A DNA stretch of 64,000 nucleotides from an uncultured SAR86 cluster bacterium. GTDB taxonomy: Bacteria > Pseudomonadota > Gammaproteobacteria > Magnimaribacterales > AG-339-G14. The translations under genes were made by a program, and so were the position numbers. Below are positions 29,506 through 39,290 of the stretch, one piece after another. The stretch is taken from contig CABZES010000002.1 of assembly GCA_902524805.1 (NCBI GenBank), positions 29,528 through 93,527 of the forward strand, read 5' to 3'. A model generated the notes under the pieces. It made no database searches. It worked only from the letters and a program-made list of their open reading frames with translations, and was not told where the DNA came from. The first letter of the stretch is position 1. Each line of letters begins with the position of its first letter.

Positions 29506-30504
29506 ATGGAAATTAAAGAAAATTTATTTAAGTCTGATAGACACAATTCATTTTATTTATCATCGGGCCCGGAAGAGGGCGAGTTAATTATCATGACTCA
29601 TGGTTGGCCAGAGCTATCACTAAGTTGGAGACACCAGTTAAAATTTTTAGGAGAACTTGGATATCACGTTGTGGCCCCAGATATGAGAGGTTACGGTAGA
29701 TCTTCTGTTTACAAAGATCATGAAGCATATTCTCAAAGAGAAATAAACCTAGATATGGTTGAGTTATTTACTTCTTTGGGAAAGAAAGAAGCAATTTGGA
29801 TAGGGCATGACTGGGGTTCTCCAGTTGCATGGAATATGGCACTTCATCATCCAGATAAAGTTAAAGCAGTTTGTAGCCTATGTGTGCCGCTTGGTTTTGG
29901 CGAACATCCTGAAAATTTAATGAATACTGTAAATAGAGAAATTTATCCTGTAGAAGAATATCCTGCTGGACAATGGGATTATCAGTTTCATTACTATGAA
30001 AATTTCGATGATGCTCAAAAAGAAATGGATGAAGACCCATACAAATTAGTAAAAATTTTATTTAGAAAGGGTGATCCAATGGGACTAGGACTGCCAGCTA
30101 GAACCTCCTTAACAAGAAAAAACAAAGGGTGGTTTGCTGAGTTTGGAGGAATTCCTGACTTTCCAATAGACGAAGAAATGATATCAGAAGAAGAGGCGAG
30201 GACCTTTGCAAAATATTTAACTGAAAACACCTTTTTTGGACCCAACTCATGGTATGTAAATGGTGAAGACAACCAAAAATTTAACAAAACTATTAATGAT
30301 CAAACTTTAGAAATGCCAGCCTTATTTGTTCACGCAACTTACGATTACGTCTGTGATACAACTTCTTCACCAAAATTTGCTGCTCCAATGAGAGAGGCTT
30401 GTAAAAATTTAACTGAAAAGAGGATTGATTGCGGTCATTGGATGGCACAAGAAAAACCTGACGAGTTAAATTTAATTATTAAAAATTGGCTTTCTGAAAT
30501 TTAA
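29506..30504 (+). CDS. Soluble epoxide hydrolase (alpha/beta hydrolase, EphA/EphB-like)
   Basis: HGWPE, APDMRGYG, GHDWG, WDYQ, SWY and GHW..QE.P. Confidence 0.88.
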   Translation: MEIKENLFKSDRHNSFYLSSGPEEGELIIMTHGWPELSLSWRHQLKFLGELGYHVVAPDMRGYGRSSVYKDHEAYSQREINLDMVELFTSLGKKEAIWIGHDWGSPVAWNMALHHPDKVKAVCSLCVPLGFGEHPENLMNTVNREIYPVEEYPAGQWDYQFHYYENFDDAQKEMDEDPYKLVKILFRKGDPMGLGLPARTSLTRKNKGWFAEFGGIPDFPIDEEMISEEEARTFAKYLTENTFFGPNSWYVNGEDNQKFNKTINDQTLEMPALFVHATYDYVCDTTSSPKFAAPMREACKNLTEKRIDCGHWMAQEKPDELNLIIKNWLSEI

Positions 30505-30554
30505 TTAAATTTATGCCAATTCAAAAAACTTTGTCTTTAAAAAATAACTAGGAT

Positions 30555-31427
30555 TTAGTTTTTTTTGGGCGGAAGAGGAATCAATATTGAAGTTTTATTT
30601 ATGTAATTTATGTAGGCAGGATCGTCTTTCCATTTCTTATATCCTCTGGCTTCTAGCATCGAAATGCCACTTACTTTGGTTAAGAGAAATATTACAAAAA
30701 TAGGAGATATTAAAGCTGTTAATTGCCAGCCACTTAAAACTGGGAATGCAATTACCGCTATACCTATCCACAATACCATTTCACCAAAATAATTTGGATG
30801 ACGCGACCACTTCCAAAGACCTTCAGTAATGAAATTATTTTCATTAGCCGGATTGTCTTTAAAATTTGTTTTTTGTTGATCTGCTATTACTTCAATAGAG
30901 AAGCCAAGAATCCAAATCAAAGCTCCAATTACAGCAAAAACATCAATAGCAATTTTCAACTCAGATGTTATTGCTGCAAGAGCCATTGCCAAAGTAAGAA
31001 AAACCCATAAACCCTGGATTGTCCAAGTCATAAGAAACCACCAAAAGTCTTTTTTCATCTGATCAAATCTTCCATCACTGCCTGCTTTTTTGACTCTGAT
31101 AAATAAAAAAGAGCCAAGACGAAATGCCCAAATCCAAACCAGTAAAGTTAATAAAATGTCTCTAAGTGATATATCAACAGTAAAAAGAATAGCTAAGAGA
31201 GTTACAGAGATATAAGTCAATGAACCAGTTAGATCAAAATAATGTTCTGTTACAAAAACATAAGAAGGAATAAATACCAACCACTGTGCTAAAAAAACCA
31301 TAAAGCAACAAAGGTAAATTAGCGAAATGCCAGAAATATAAACTCCTCCTTGATTAATACCTAAAGCAACTAAGCTTGCTAATAAAATACTAATGAATAT
31401 TGATGGAATGGTGATTTTTTTTGACAT
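30555..31427 (-). CDS. DUF1295 family membrane protein (steroid 5-alpha-reductase-like)
   Basis: RL..FLF.R..K...DGRF, W..QG.W, ADQQK and GLWKWSRHPNYFGE. Confidence 0.9.
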   Translation of the reverse strand: MSKKITIPSIFISILLASLVALGINQGGVYISGISLIYLCCFMVFLAQWLVFIPSYVFVTEHYFDLTGSLTYISVTLLAILFTVDISLRDILLTLLVWIWAFRLGSFLFIRVKKAGSDGRFDQMKKDFWWFLMTWTIQGLWVFLTLAMALAAITSELKIAIDVFAVIGALIWILGFSIEVIADQQKTNFKDNPANENNFITEGLWKWSRHPNYFGEMVLWIGIAVIAFPVLSGWQLTALISPIFVIFLLTKVSGISMLEARGYKKWKDDPAYINYINKTSILIPLPPKKN

Positions 31428-31505
31428 GTAAAGCTTTTATAATTTGATGTAGAATTTCCCCTTAAAAGATATTAACCTAATATTTTAAAACTAGGGAGTA
31501 AAAAT

Positions 31506-32651
31506 ATGAAATCACCAATATGTGAAATGCTAGGGGCTGAGTTTCCCTTAGTGGCTTTTAGTCACTGTAAAGACGTTGTAGTTGCTGTTTCTAAAGCAGG
31601 AGGAGTCGGAGTTCTTGGAGCAGTCGGGATGTCTCCTGAAACATTAGAGCAAGAATTAAATTGGATTGATGAAAGAATTGATGGAAAGCCATATGGAGTT
31701 GATGTATTGATTCCAAACAAAATGCTGGGAAAAGGTGAAGAATTTAATGCTCAAAAATTAGTTGATATGATTCCTCAAGAATATAGAGACTTCAGAACAG
31801 ATGTTTTAAAAAATCATGATATCGATGCCCCTGAACTTAGAGAGAGTGAAGGAGATATTCCTGCATCTGGATTTGCACAAAATACTGCTGATCAAGGCGC
31901 TAAAGCTTTATTAGATGTAGCTTTTTCTCATCCTATAAAATTAATAGCCAATGCTCTTGGAGTACCGCCAGAATGGATGGTTAAAATGGGTAAAGACAAT
32001 GATGTGAAGGTTGCAGCTCTTTTAGGAACTAAAGAGCATGCTATTGCTCAAGTAAAAGCAGGCGTTGATATTTTAGTGGTTTCAGGAACAGAAGCAGGGG
32101 GACACTGCGGAAGTGTTTCTACCATGGTTTTAGTGCCCGAAGTTCATAGAGCAATTCAGCCTTATGGAGACGTGCCGATTTTAGCGGCTGGTGGAATTGT
32201 AACTGGAGAGCAAATGGCCGCTTCCATGGTAATGGGCGCCTCTGGGGTTTGGACAGCATCTGTTTGGTTAACTACAGCGGAAGCAGAAACTCATCCAATA
32301 GTTAAAGAAAAAATGCTTCAAGCAAGTTCTAGCGATACAGTTAGATCCAGAAGTAGAACTGGAAAACACTCTAGACAACTTAAATCCTCTTGGACAGATG
32401 CATGGGAGTCCGAAAGTGCTCCAGAGCCTTTGCCAATGCCTCTTCAACCAATGGTTGCTGAACCAGCTTTAGCTAAAGTCAATCAACTTGCAGAGGGCGG
32501 CCATGACGGTGCTGTTAATTTAGCAACATACTGGGTTGGTCAAGGAGTAGGGCTTATGACGGAAAGTCTATCTGCTGGAACTGTGGTTCAAGAATTCAAG
32601 CAGGATTTTATAAATGCTTACGAAAGATTTGAAGGTTTTTTAAAAGACTAG
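31506..32651 (+). CDS. Nitronate monooxygenase / FabK-like FMN oxidoreductase
   Basis: AFSHC, GTEAGGH, LAAGGI, TGK..RQL and VGQGVG. Confidence 0.88.
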   Translation: MKSPICEMLGAEFPLVAFSHCKDVVVAVSKAGGVGVLGAVGMSPETLEQELNWIDERIDGKPYGVDVLIPNKMLGKGEEFNAQKLVDMIPQEYRDFRTDVLKNHDIDAPELRESEGDIPASGFAQNTADQGAKALLDVAFSHPIKLIANALGVPPEWMVKMGKDNDVKVAALLGTKEHAIAQVKAGVDILVVSGTEAGGHCGSVSTMVLVPEVHRAIQPYGDVPILAAGGIVTGEQMAASMVMGASGVWTASVWLTTAEAETHPIVKEKMLQASSSDTVRSRSRTGKHSRQLKSSWTDAWESESAPEPLPMPLQPMVAEPALAKVNQLAEGGHDGAVNLATYWVGQGVGLMTESLSAGTVVQEFKQDFINAYERFEGFLKD

Positions 32652-33169
32652 GTTGAGTGAAATCCTGACCAGAAAACTTTTTTAACCATTCGTTCTTGTG
32701 GAGAGAGAATTTGTATTCCAAATTCCTCTCTAAGGTCGCATATTTTTCTATCTAAAAAATTTTCCGGATGTTTAAAAGGCCATTTTTTTTTCATTTTTCT
32801 TGTATTTTTAAAAGCAATCTTTATTTTGGTAGGAATTACGTTTTTGTATAATTTTAAAAATCCGATTACACCAAGTTCTTTAAACAATTTCTTAGTTAAA
32901 TCTTTTAATTCTGGAAGCCTCGCATAGGAAGCTAAATAACTTAACTTATAACTACATCCCAAACCGAGCCATGTATCCAGAAGTGCTTCTTCTTCAAGTG
33001 AGGTATCTAGACCAAAAATGACATGAGAAGCGTCATGGTCTCTTATCAAAGTAGATTCATTATTAGGTTCTTTTAAAGGTATTTTGCCATTAGCAACTAA
33101 GTAATCTTCGTAAACTTTAATGCCTTCTCTTAGAGTTAAGTCACAATCTTGATTTTGATAAATTAACAT
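32648..33169 (-). CDS. Hypothetical protein with a Coq4-like HDxxH-x11-E metal motif
   Basis: HDASH-VIFGLDTSLEE-E and LREEFGI. Start at ATG 33169 (TAATG overlap with the SDR stop). Confidence 0.6.
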   Translation of the reverse strand: MLIYQNQDCDLTLREGIKVYEDYLVANGKIPLKEPNNESTLIRDHDASHVIFGLDTSLEEEALLDTWLGLGCSYKLSYLASYARLPELKDLTKKLFKELGVIGFLKLYKNVIPTKIKIAFKNTRKMKKKWPFKHPENFLDRKICDLREEFGIQILSPQERMVKKVFWSGFHST

Positions 33170-33927
33170 TAATGGTTCCACCAAGCCTGGTCTGAAAAGG
33201 CTCTAATATCAATTTCATGAGTCCAAGTATTTTTTTTCTGCTTTGCTATGAACAAATAAGTCTCAGCTACTTCTTCAGGTAATATCATGCCATCTTCACC
33301 TTTTTGTTCTTTAAATTTTTCAAAAAGTTCTGGACCAAGCATTTTTCCTAGAGTATCAGGAGCATTTACTGCGCCATCAATTATTATGTGAGCAACGTGA
33401 ATGCCATATTCTGAAAATTCAGCATTAAGTGATTGGCAAAGCATTCTTCTTCCACCCATTGCAGCAGCATGAGAGTGTTGACCCTTATTACCTCGGACTG
33501 CAGACGTAGCCGAAGTTACAATAATATTTCCTGACTGCCTTTCTTTCATTCTAGGAGTCAAAACTTGAGCAAGCCTGAATAAACCAAAAGTAGCCATTCT
33601 CCATCCCATTTCAAAAGCTTTATAACTTGTTTCAGCTAAAGCTCTATCTCCAATTTGTGCACCAATGTTATAAATGACAGTATCAATAGGACCAATATCG
33701 GATTCAATTTTAGTAACCAATTCTTCAATCGAGTTTTCCTCTATAACATTTAATAAAGAACCGGAAGCATCTCCACCGGAATCCTTAATTTCACCTATTA
33801 ATTTGTTTAAACCCTCTTCATCGGTTCTTCTTGCTAGATAAGCATAGAAACCATCAGCAGCAAATTTTTTAGCAACAGTCCCTCCAATTCCTGCACCTGC
33901 GCCAATGACTAAACAAACTTTTTTCAT
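33169..33927 (-). CDS. Short-chain dehydrogenase/reductase, atypical active site
   Basis: GAGAGIG, YNIG, TSATS and HVAHIIIDG; YxxxK is replaced by HAAAM. Confidence 0.88.
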   Translation of the reverse strand: MKKVCLVIGAGAGIGGTVAKKFAADGFYAYLARRTDEEGLNKLIGEIKDSGGDASGSLLNVIEENSIEELVTKIESDIGPIDTVIYNIGAQIGDRALAETSYKAFEMGWRMATFGLFRLAQVLTPRMKERQSGNIIVTSATSAVRGNKGQHSHAAAMGGRRMLCQSLNAEFSEYGIHVAHIIIDGAVNAPDTLGKMLGPELFEKFKEQKGEDGMILPEEVAETYLFIAKQKKNTWTHEIDIRAFSDQAWWNH

Positions 33928-33931
33928 TTCC

Positions 33932-34978
33932 TTATTTATGAGTCAAAGAAACTAGACCCTGTAGCTTGCCCGATTTCATTTCGTCTAATGTTCTAGTAGC
34001 TTCAGAAACATCTCTTGATTCAACTTCAACAGACTCAATTTTACCTGTTGAGACCAACTTCATTAAATCTCTCATCTCATTTAAACTTCCAACATAAGAT
34101 CCCATCAATTTTTTCTCAGTAAGCGTAAGAAGAGGCAAAGGAATTGTCATTTGTCCACCAAATAGACCCACTACAACTTGCTTACCTCCTTTACTAAGAC
34201 ATTGATAACCTAAATTTACCGAAGCTTCTGCTCCAACAAAATCTACTATCGCTTTAGCTCCACCTCCGGTAGCCTCTATGATTTGTTTAGCCGCGTCTTC
34301 GGATAAAGAATTTATAGTTAAAGAGGCTCCCAAATCGCTTGCTACTTTTAGTTTTTCGTCATCTATGTCTATAACTATTGGATTTATTCCGTAAGCAGCT
34401 CTAGCAATTTTTAATGCTAATAATCCTAGGCCGCCAGCACTAACGATTATTAAGGAATTATCATGAGGATAAGGTTCAGCTTTTCTTAGGGCGCTAAATG
34501 CAGTAAGACCTCTACAAGCATAACTACCAGCGAGATTATCTGGAGTATCTCCAGCATCAAAAAGATATTGCTCTCCTGGAACCAAAACATGATCAGCATA
34601 ACCCCCACTGACATTAATTCCAATATTGCTATTATTCATGCAGTAGTGAGTTTTATCATTATTACAAAGTTCACAATCTCCGCAACCAATCCAAGGGTAA
34701 ATGACGTACTTTTCTCCCACTTTTACTTTTAAAACTTCTTCACCAATAGCAACTATTTCTCCAAAAACCTCATGACCCATTGTTAGAGGTTCTAAAAGAG
34801 GAGTTGGAAGTTTGGCTCCACCACCCAAATCAAAGTAACCGTCATGAATATGAACGTCAGAATGACAGACTCCACAAGCAATAGTTTTTACAAGAACTTC
34901 TTTCCCTTTTGGAGAAGGTGTTTCAAAATTTTTTTCTTTTAACGGCTTGCCGTTTTCTGTAACTTGATAAGCTTTCAT
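33932..34978 (-). CDS. Zn-dependent alcohol dehydrogenase (MDR family)
   Basis: CGVCHSD, GHE, CGDCELC...C, AGGLG and DFVG. Confidence 0.92.
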   Translation of the reverse strand: MKAYQVTENGKPLKEKNFETPSPKGKEVLVKTIACGVCHSDVHIHDGYFDLGGGAKLPTPLLEPLTMGHEVFGEIVAIGEEVLKVKVGEKYVIYPWIGCGDCELCNNDKTHYCMNNSNIGINVSGGYADHVLVPGEQYLFDAGDTPDNLAGSYACRGLTAFSALRKAEPYPHDNSLIIVSAGGLGLLALKIARAAYGINPIVIDIDDEKLKVASDLGASLTINSLSEDAAKQIIEATGGGAKAIVDFVGAEASVNLGYQCLSKGGKQVVVGLFGGQMTIPLPLLTLTEKKLMGSYVGSLNEMRDLMKLVSTGKIESVEVESRDVSEATRTLDEMKSGKLQGLVSLTHK

Positions 34979-34991
34979 AACTTTAAATATT

Positions 34992-35306
34992 TTACCTTGC
35001 CGGCATTCCTTTTATAACAGTTAGATTTTTTATTTCGGTTGCAGGTCTCCTATAGTTTTCAGATAAGTCTTGATACTTTTCTGAAGAATACCAATTATTC
35101 ATATCTTCCTCACTTGGGAAGGTCCACATAATAATTCTTCCGCTTATAGGCGATGTTCCCTCTAAATGAATGGCATTGTCGTCCATGGTTATAAATTCAC
35201 CGTTGTATTCCTTGATAGTACCAAAAAAACCTTTTTCGTAATTTCTAAATAACTCAGCATCTTCGATGATGACATTTGCAATGCAATAAACTCTTGTTTC
35301 AGACAT
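34992..35306 (-). CDS. DUF1330 family protein
   Basis: LEG...RI...FPS......WYSSEKYQ pattern; AAGGAG SD. Confidence 0.85.
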   Translation of the reverse strand: MSETRVYCIANVIIEDAELFRNYEKGFFGTIKEYNGEFITMDDNAIHLEGTSPISGRIIMWTFPSEEDMNNWYSSEKYQDLSENYRRPATEIKNLTVIKGMPAR

Positions 35307-35374
35307 ATATATACTCCTTTAAAATAAAGAGTATAAACAAAAAAAATTAATTTAAGTTATGAATTTATGAAGAT

Positions 35375-35872
35375 TTAGTTTATTTCTTCAGACCAATCCA
35401 AATATTTTTTTAAATCTTCAGCAGGCATATTTCCAAGGTTTGCAGTTTCTTCAGAGGAAACATTAAATAATCCGGCTCCTTCTTTTAAGAGATTTAAATA
35501 AATCTTTAACATAAGCAAACTTTTATCCGTAGCGAAATATTCCACTACTCTTTTATCTTTTTTGCTAGAACGTTTTTCAAAATAACCTGCGACAACAAGC
35601 TTTTTCAAAAACCTTTCGATGCTTCTCACATTAAGGTCTGTTATGCCTGTTATATCACCAATAGTAAAAAAACCTTTGGATATATGAAATTCCATTATTG
35701 CCATTCGAATCAAGTCATATCTGATATCATTTACATATATTTGATCCCAACTCTCTCTTTTGGCTACCTCTTTAAATAGGGCGTACTTCCTTTTATTAAA
35801 AGCCAAAATCAATTTGGTAAAACTTTCAAGATCTTTGAAATTGTCGGAGTTTTTAAACGAAATCTTTTTCAT
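35375..35872 (-). CDS. MarR-like winged-helix DNA-binding protein
   Basis: HTH TIGDITGITDLNVRSIERFLKKLVVAGY followed by the DKR wing motif. Confidence 0.65.
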   Translation of the reverse strand: MKKISFKNSDNFKDLESFTKLILAFNKRKYALFKEVAKRESWDQIYVNDIRYDLIRMAIMEFHISKGFFTIGDITGITDLNVRSIERFLKKLVVAGYFEKRSSKKDKRVVEYFATDKSLLMLKIYLNLLKEGAGLFNVSSEETANLGNMPAEDLKKYLDWSEEIN

Positions 35873-35928
35873 AATTTATTATGACAAAAAATAACTATAT
35901 TTTTAAATTTAGATTATATGTCTTAAAA

Positions 35929-36975
35929 CTATAAAGACATCTGATAGCCAAGAACAAATTTATAGTCATTATCCATTTGTAGGCCATTTTTATTATTTTT
36001 TAAAGCAAAAAGAATTTCAATTCCCACTCGACTATGTTTTTTTTCAAAAAAATTGAATACTTTATTTGCTCCAAGACCAAATTCAAGCAATCTTCCTCCA
36101 AAATTTAAAGGATTAGATGATTGAACTGGAGATCTTATCATCGAACTAGATCCTGACATCTTTTGTTCTTTGGTAAAAAGAAGCCTAGCCGAAAATGCTA
36201 AAGAATCGTCATATGATTTTTGAAGCCATGATGATATTTCTAATTTATCTCCAAAAGCCCAATTTTTATCTTTGATGACATAATATTTTTTAATTTGTGA
36301 TCCTAATACGAAGTCATTTAAGTTTCTGCTATTTGTAAGGCCAGAAATTAATCTTGTTGCTCCATCCATTTGCATAGCATATGGCATAGTCATATTCATA
36401 AATTTATTCATAGGAGTGAGCATAGTGCCCTGATTATCATTACTCCCGATTGATTTATCTATTCCAACTTCCAGATGCCATCGATTGTCATCGATTTCGA
36501 TTAACCTATAAAGCGCAGAAAAAGAAAAATTAGAAAGATCATCCAAATTTGTTTCAAAACTTCCAAGATAGCCTCTATCCATTGAGCCTTTATAAGCATT
36601 CGAGGTCATTTTATTTTTCATAAACATCAGCATGCCCATATATGTTAGGTCATCAGATGGAGCGTACATTCCTCCAACCATCATCATCTCCATTTCCATT
36701 TTTTTAGGAACGACGCTTAAATAGGCTGGAGCTCCAGACATTGATGCAAAAGGGTTGACTTGACTAGTAATTATTTCCTGGTCAGAAATTGACTGACTAT
36801 GTAAAGAATTTCCTTTCATTTGCATAGTTGCATATTTTATTGAAAGCATAATTTCATTAGCTTTATGATAGTGATCGCCTGACACGCCAATAGGCGCATG
36901 ACCTATTGCCGTTGCAGCAAAAGTTAAATTGATAAATAAAATGAAAAATACGCTAAAAATCAGCTTTAAAAACAT
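35929..36975 (-). CDS. Met/His-rich outer-membrane beta-barrel 'transporter' (MetA-pathway-like family)
   Basis: Signal peptide; GHAPIGVSGDHYH; KMEMEMMMVGGMYAPSD; alternating beta-strands ending VLGYQMSL; GGAG(AGG) SD before ATG 36975. Confidence 0.7.
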   Translation of the reverse strand: MFLKLIFSVFFILFINLTFAATAIGHAPIGVSGDHYHKANEIMLSIKYATMQMKGNSLHSQSISDQEIITSQVNPFASMSGAPAYLSVVPKKMEMEMMMVGGMYAPSDDLTYMGMLMFMKNKMTSNAYKGSMDRGYLGSFETNLDDLSNFSFSALYRLIEIDDNRWHLEVGIDKSIGSNDNQGTMLTPMNKFMNMTMPYAMQMDGATRLISGLTNSRNLNDFVLGSQIKKYYVIKDKNWAFGDKLEISSWLQKSYDDSLAFSARLLFTKEQKMSGSSSMIRSPVQSSNPLNFGGRLLEFGLGANKVFNFFEKKHSRVGIEILFALKNNKNGLQMDNDYKFVLGYQMSL

Positions 36976-37014
36976 TACCTCTCCCAAGGAAGACCAATTC
37001 TATATAAAAAGCTC

Positions 37015-37755
37015 TTATTCTTCCCAATTAAATTTAGGAAGAGCGTGTATGGCACTATCTAATTGTTCGGCCCAAATGGACGAGAGTTCCTTGAAGAACG
37101 GAGAATCAAGTTTAAGCTGATCTTGAAAATTTAAATTAATTTGATCTTTTTTAAAAACAACAAAATCGATCGGTGGCCCAACAGTTAAATCACTTTTCAT
37201 TGTCGAATCGAACGATAAGAGCGCAGCTCTAGCAGAATCTCCAAGAGGAGTAGTAGGCAAAATCATTCTATCTAAAATCGGTTTTCCATATTTCGTCTCA
37301 CCGATTTGAATAAAAGGAGTTTCATCAGCTGCGTAAATAAAATTGCCTTCAGGATAGACCATAACCAAATTGGGCTCTTGACCTTTAATTTGTCCACCAA
37401 TAATAAAATGGGAACCTAAAAGAGCAGTACTTTGATCAATTTGCTCAGTCGGATCATGATTTTTTGATTGTTGTTCGATACTAAGCTTTCCTACGTAGTC
37501 CGCAACTGCTTCAATGTCTTCGCAAAGATTTAAGTTTATCTCGCTGTTGTCGTTTTCAAGATCTTTTTCTATTTGATGATAAACGGCCTGAGAGGTGGCA
37601 AGATTTCCTGCAGTCAAAATAACAAAGGCTCTATCTCCAATATTATAAGTAAACATTTTGGTATAGATACCAATGTTATCTAGACCAGCATTAGTTCTAG
37701 AGTCTGAGGCAAAGACCAAACCCTCTTCAACTTTTATAGCAAGACAATATGTCAT
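37015..37755 (-). CDS. Anbu proteasome-type threonine protease
   Basis: Mature N-terminus TYC (Thr1), SDSRTNAG.D, AGNLATSQ, GGQI, YPEGN, QIGETKYGKPILDR and SFDSTMKSDLTVGPP. Start re-placed at ATG 37755. Confidence 0.92.
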   Translation of the reverse strand: MTYCLAIKVEEGLVFASDSRTNAGLDNIGIYTKMFTYNIGDRAFVILTAGNLATSQAVYHQIEKDLENDNSEINLNLCEDIEAVADYVGKLSIEQQSKNHDPTEQIDQSTALLGSHFIIGGQIKGQEPNLVMVYPEGNFIYAADETPFIQIGETKYGKPILDRMILPTTPLGDSARAALLSFDSTMKSDLTVGPPIDFVVFKKDQINLNFQDQLKLDSPFFKELSSIWAEQLDSAIHALPKFNWEE

Positions 37756-37841
37756 ATGTTTATTTTTGAGCAATTGATGCCTTGTTTTGGAACAAAACTT
37801 CAATCATTTAGCTGTTATATTTAACCAGTGAATTATTATAA

Positions 37842-39290
37842 ATGCATATGAAAATTTCTTGGAAAAAATATCCCAGCACTTCTTTTTACGATGAATATGT
37901 TACACCACAAAACACCTTAAGGGGGCATTCGAAAAAAATAGGTACTTTTCTTGAATCTCTATCTATTGAAGATTTAAAAGAAATAAGTACAGCAACTGAA
38001 ACAGCCATAAAATCTATGGGAATATCTTTTAGAGTTTATTCTGAGGATAACGAAGACGGACAAGACAGAATGTGGCCTTTGGATTTTATTCCGCGATTAA
38101 TAAGAAAATTAGAATGGCTTCAAGTCGAAAAGGGACTTAAACAAAGAGTTAAAGCATTGAACATGTTCATAGAAGATTGTTACAACAAACAAAACTTTTT
38201 GAATGAGAGTGATATGGACGAATCTTTGGTCTTAGATTCGCCTGCATACAAAAAATATTGTGTAGATGTGAAACTTAAACACAATACTTGGTCACATATT
38301 TGCGGTTCCGATTTAATTAAAGCTCACGACGGCAAGTTTTATGTTCTGGAAGATAATTTAAGAGTTCCTTCTGGAGTAAGTTATATGCTTGAAAATAGGA
38401 TGATTATGAAAAGAGTCTTTCCTGAGCTTTTTTATCAATATGGAGTTACTCCGATTGATGCTTATCCTACTAAACTTTATGAAACTTTAGCTTCTGTTAA
38501 TAATTCAAGATCAAAAAATCCTGAAATTGTTCTCCTCACGCCAGGAGTTTTTAATTCTGCTTACTATGAACACTCTTTTTTAGCTCAACAAATGGGAATA
38601 GATTTAGTAGAGGGAAGAGATTTAATTGTTGCTAAAGATGGGTTTGTTTATAAAAAGACAATTGAAGGATTGGTCAAAGTAGACGTGATTTATAGAAGAA
38701 TAGATGATGATTATCTTGATCCCGATCAAGGAAATCCTAAAACCACTATAGGAGTTAAAGGTTTAATAAGAGCCTGGCAAGAAAAAAAAGTTGCAATAGT
38801 TAATTCTCCAGGTTGCGGTATTGCAGATGACAAAGCGGTTTATGCTTATGTCCCAAAAATGATTAAATTTTACTTAAAAGAAGAGCCAATAATTAGAAAC
38901 ATAAAAACATTTCTTCTTACAAATAAAGAGCACAGAGATTTTGTTTTCCAAAATTTTAAAGAAATGGTTATTAAGCCCGTTGCAGAATCAGGGGGGTATG
39001 GAATTGTTATTGGCAAAAATTGTTCAAGATCGGAAAGGGAAGCAACTATAAGAAAAGTAATGAATAATCCAAGAAATTATGTCGCTCAGCCATTAATATC
39101 ATTATCTACTACTCCTACATATTCTGGAGAGAGCCTTGAACCAAGGCATTTAGATTTAAGACCTTTTATATTATCGGCCGAAAAACAATACGTAACGGTC
39201 GGTGGCTTAACTAGAGTAGCCCTAAAAAAAGGATCCACAGTTGTAAACTCTTCACAGGGCGGAGGCAGTAAGGACACATGGATAGTTTAA
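37842..39290 (+). CDS. Circularly permuted type 2 ATP-grasp peptide ligase
   Basis: GLKQR, VLEDNLRVPSGVSYMLENR, LTPG..NSAYYEH, YRRIDD, ADDKAVY, DLRP, GGLTRVAL and VVNSSQGGGSKDTW. Confidence 0.93.
   Translation: MHMKISWKKYPSTSFYDEYVTPQNTLRGHSKKIGTFLESLSIEDLKEISTATETAIKSMGISFRVYSEDNEDGQDRMWPLDFIPRLIRKLEWLQVEKGLKQRVKALNMFIEDCYNKQNFLNESDMDESLVLDSPAYKKYCVDVKLKHNTWSHICGSDLIKAHDGKFYVLEDNLRVPSGVSYMLENRMIMKRVFPELFYQYGVTPIDAYPTKLYETLASVNNSRSKNPEIVLLTPGVFNSAYYEHSFLAQQMGIDLVEGRDLIVAKDGFVYKKTIEGLVKVDVIYRRIDDDYLDPDQGNPKTTIGVKGLIRAWQEKKVAIVNSPGCGIADDKAVYAYVPKMIKFYLKEEPIIRNIKTFLLTNKEHRDFVFQNFKEMVIKPVAESGGYGIVIGKNCSRSEREATIRKVMNNPRNYVAQPLISLSTTPTYSGESLEPRHLDLRPFILSAEKQYVTVGGLTRVALKKGSTVVNSSQGGGSKDTWIV

Noticed and set aside
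37756-37841. Possible sigma-54 promoters in the Anbu/ATP-grasp divergent gap (TGGAACAAAACTTCA on +; AGGCATCAATTGCT on -) and a GTTTTG-GAA-CAAAAC palindrome
   Set aside because: The plus-strand site lacks the -12 GC and the minus-strand site has N8 rather than N10 spacing. A 6-bp palindrome is weak in AT-rich DNA.
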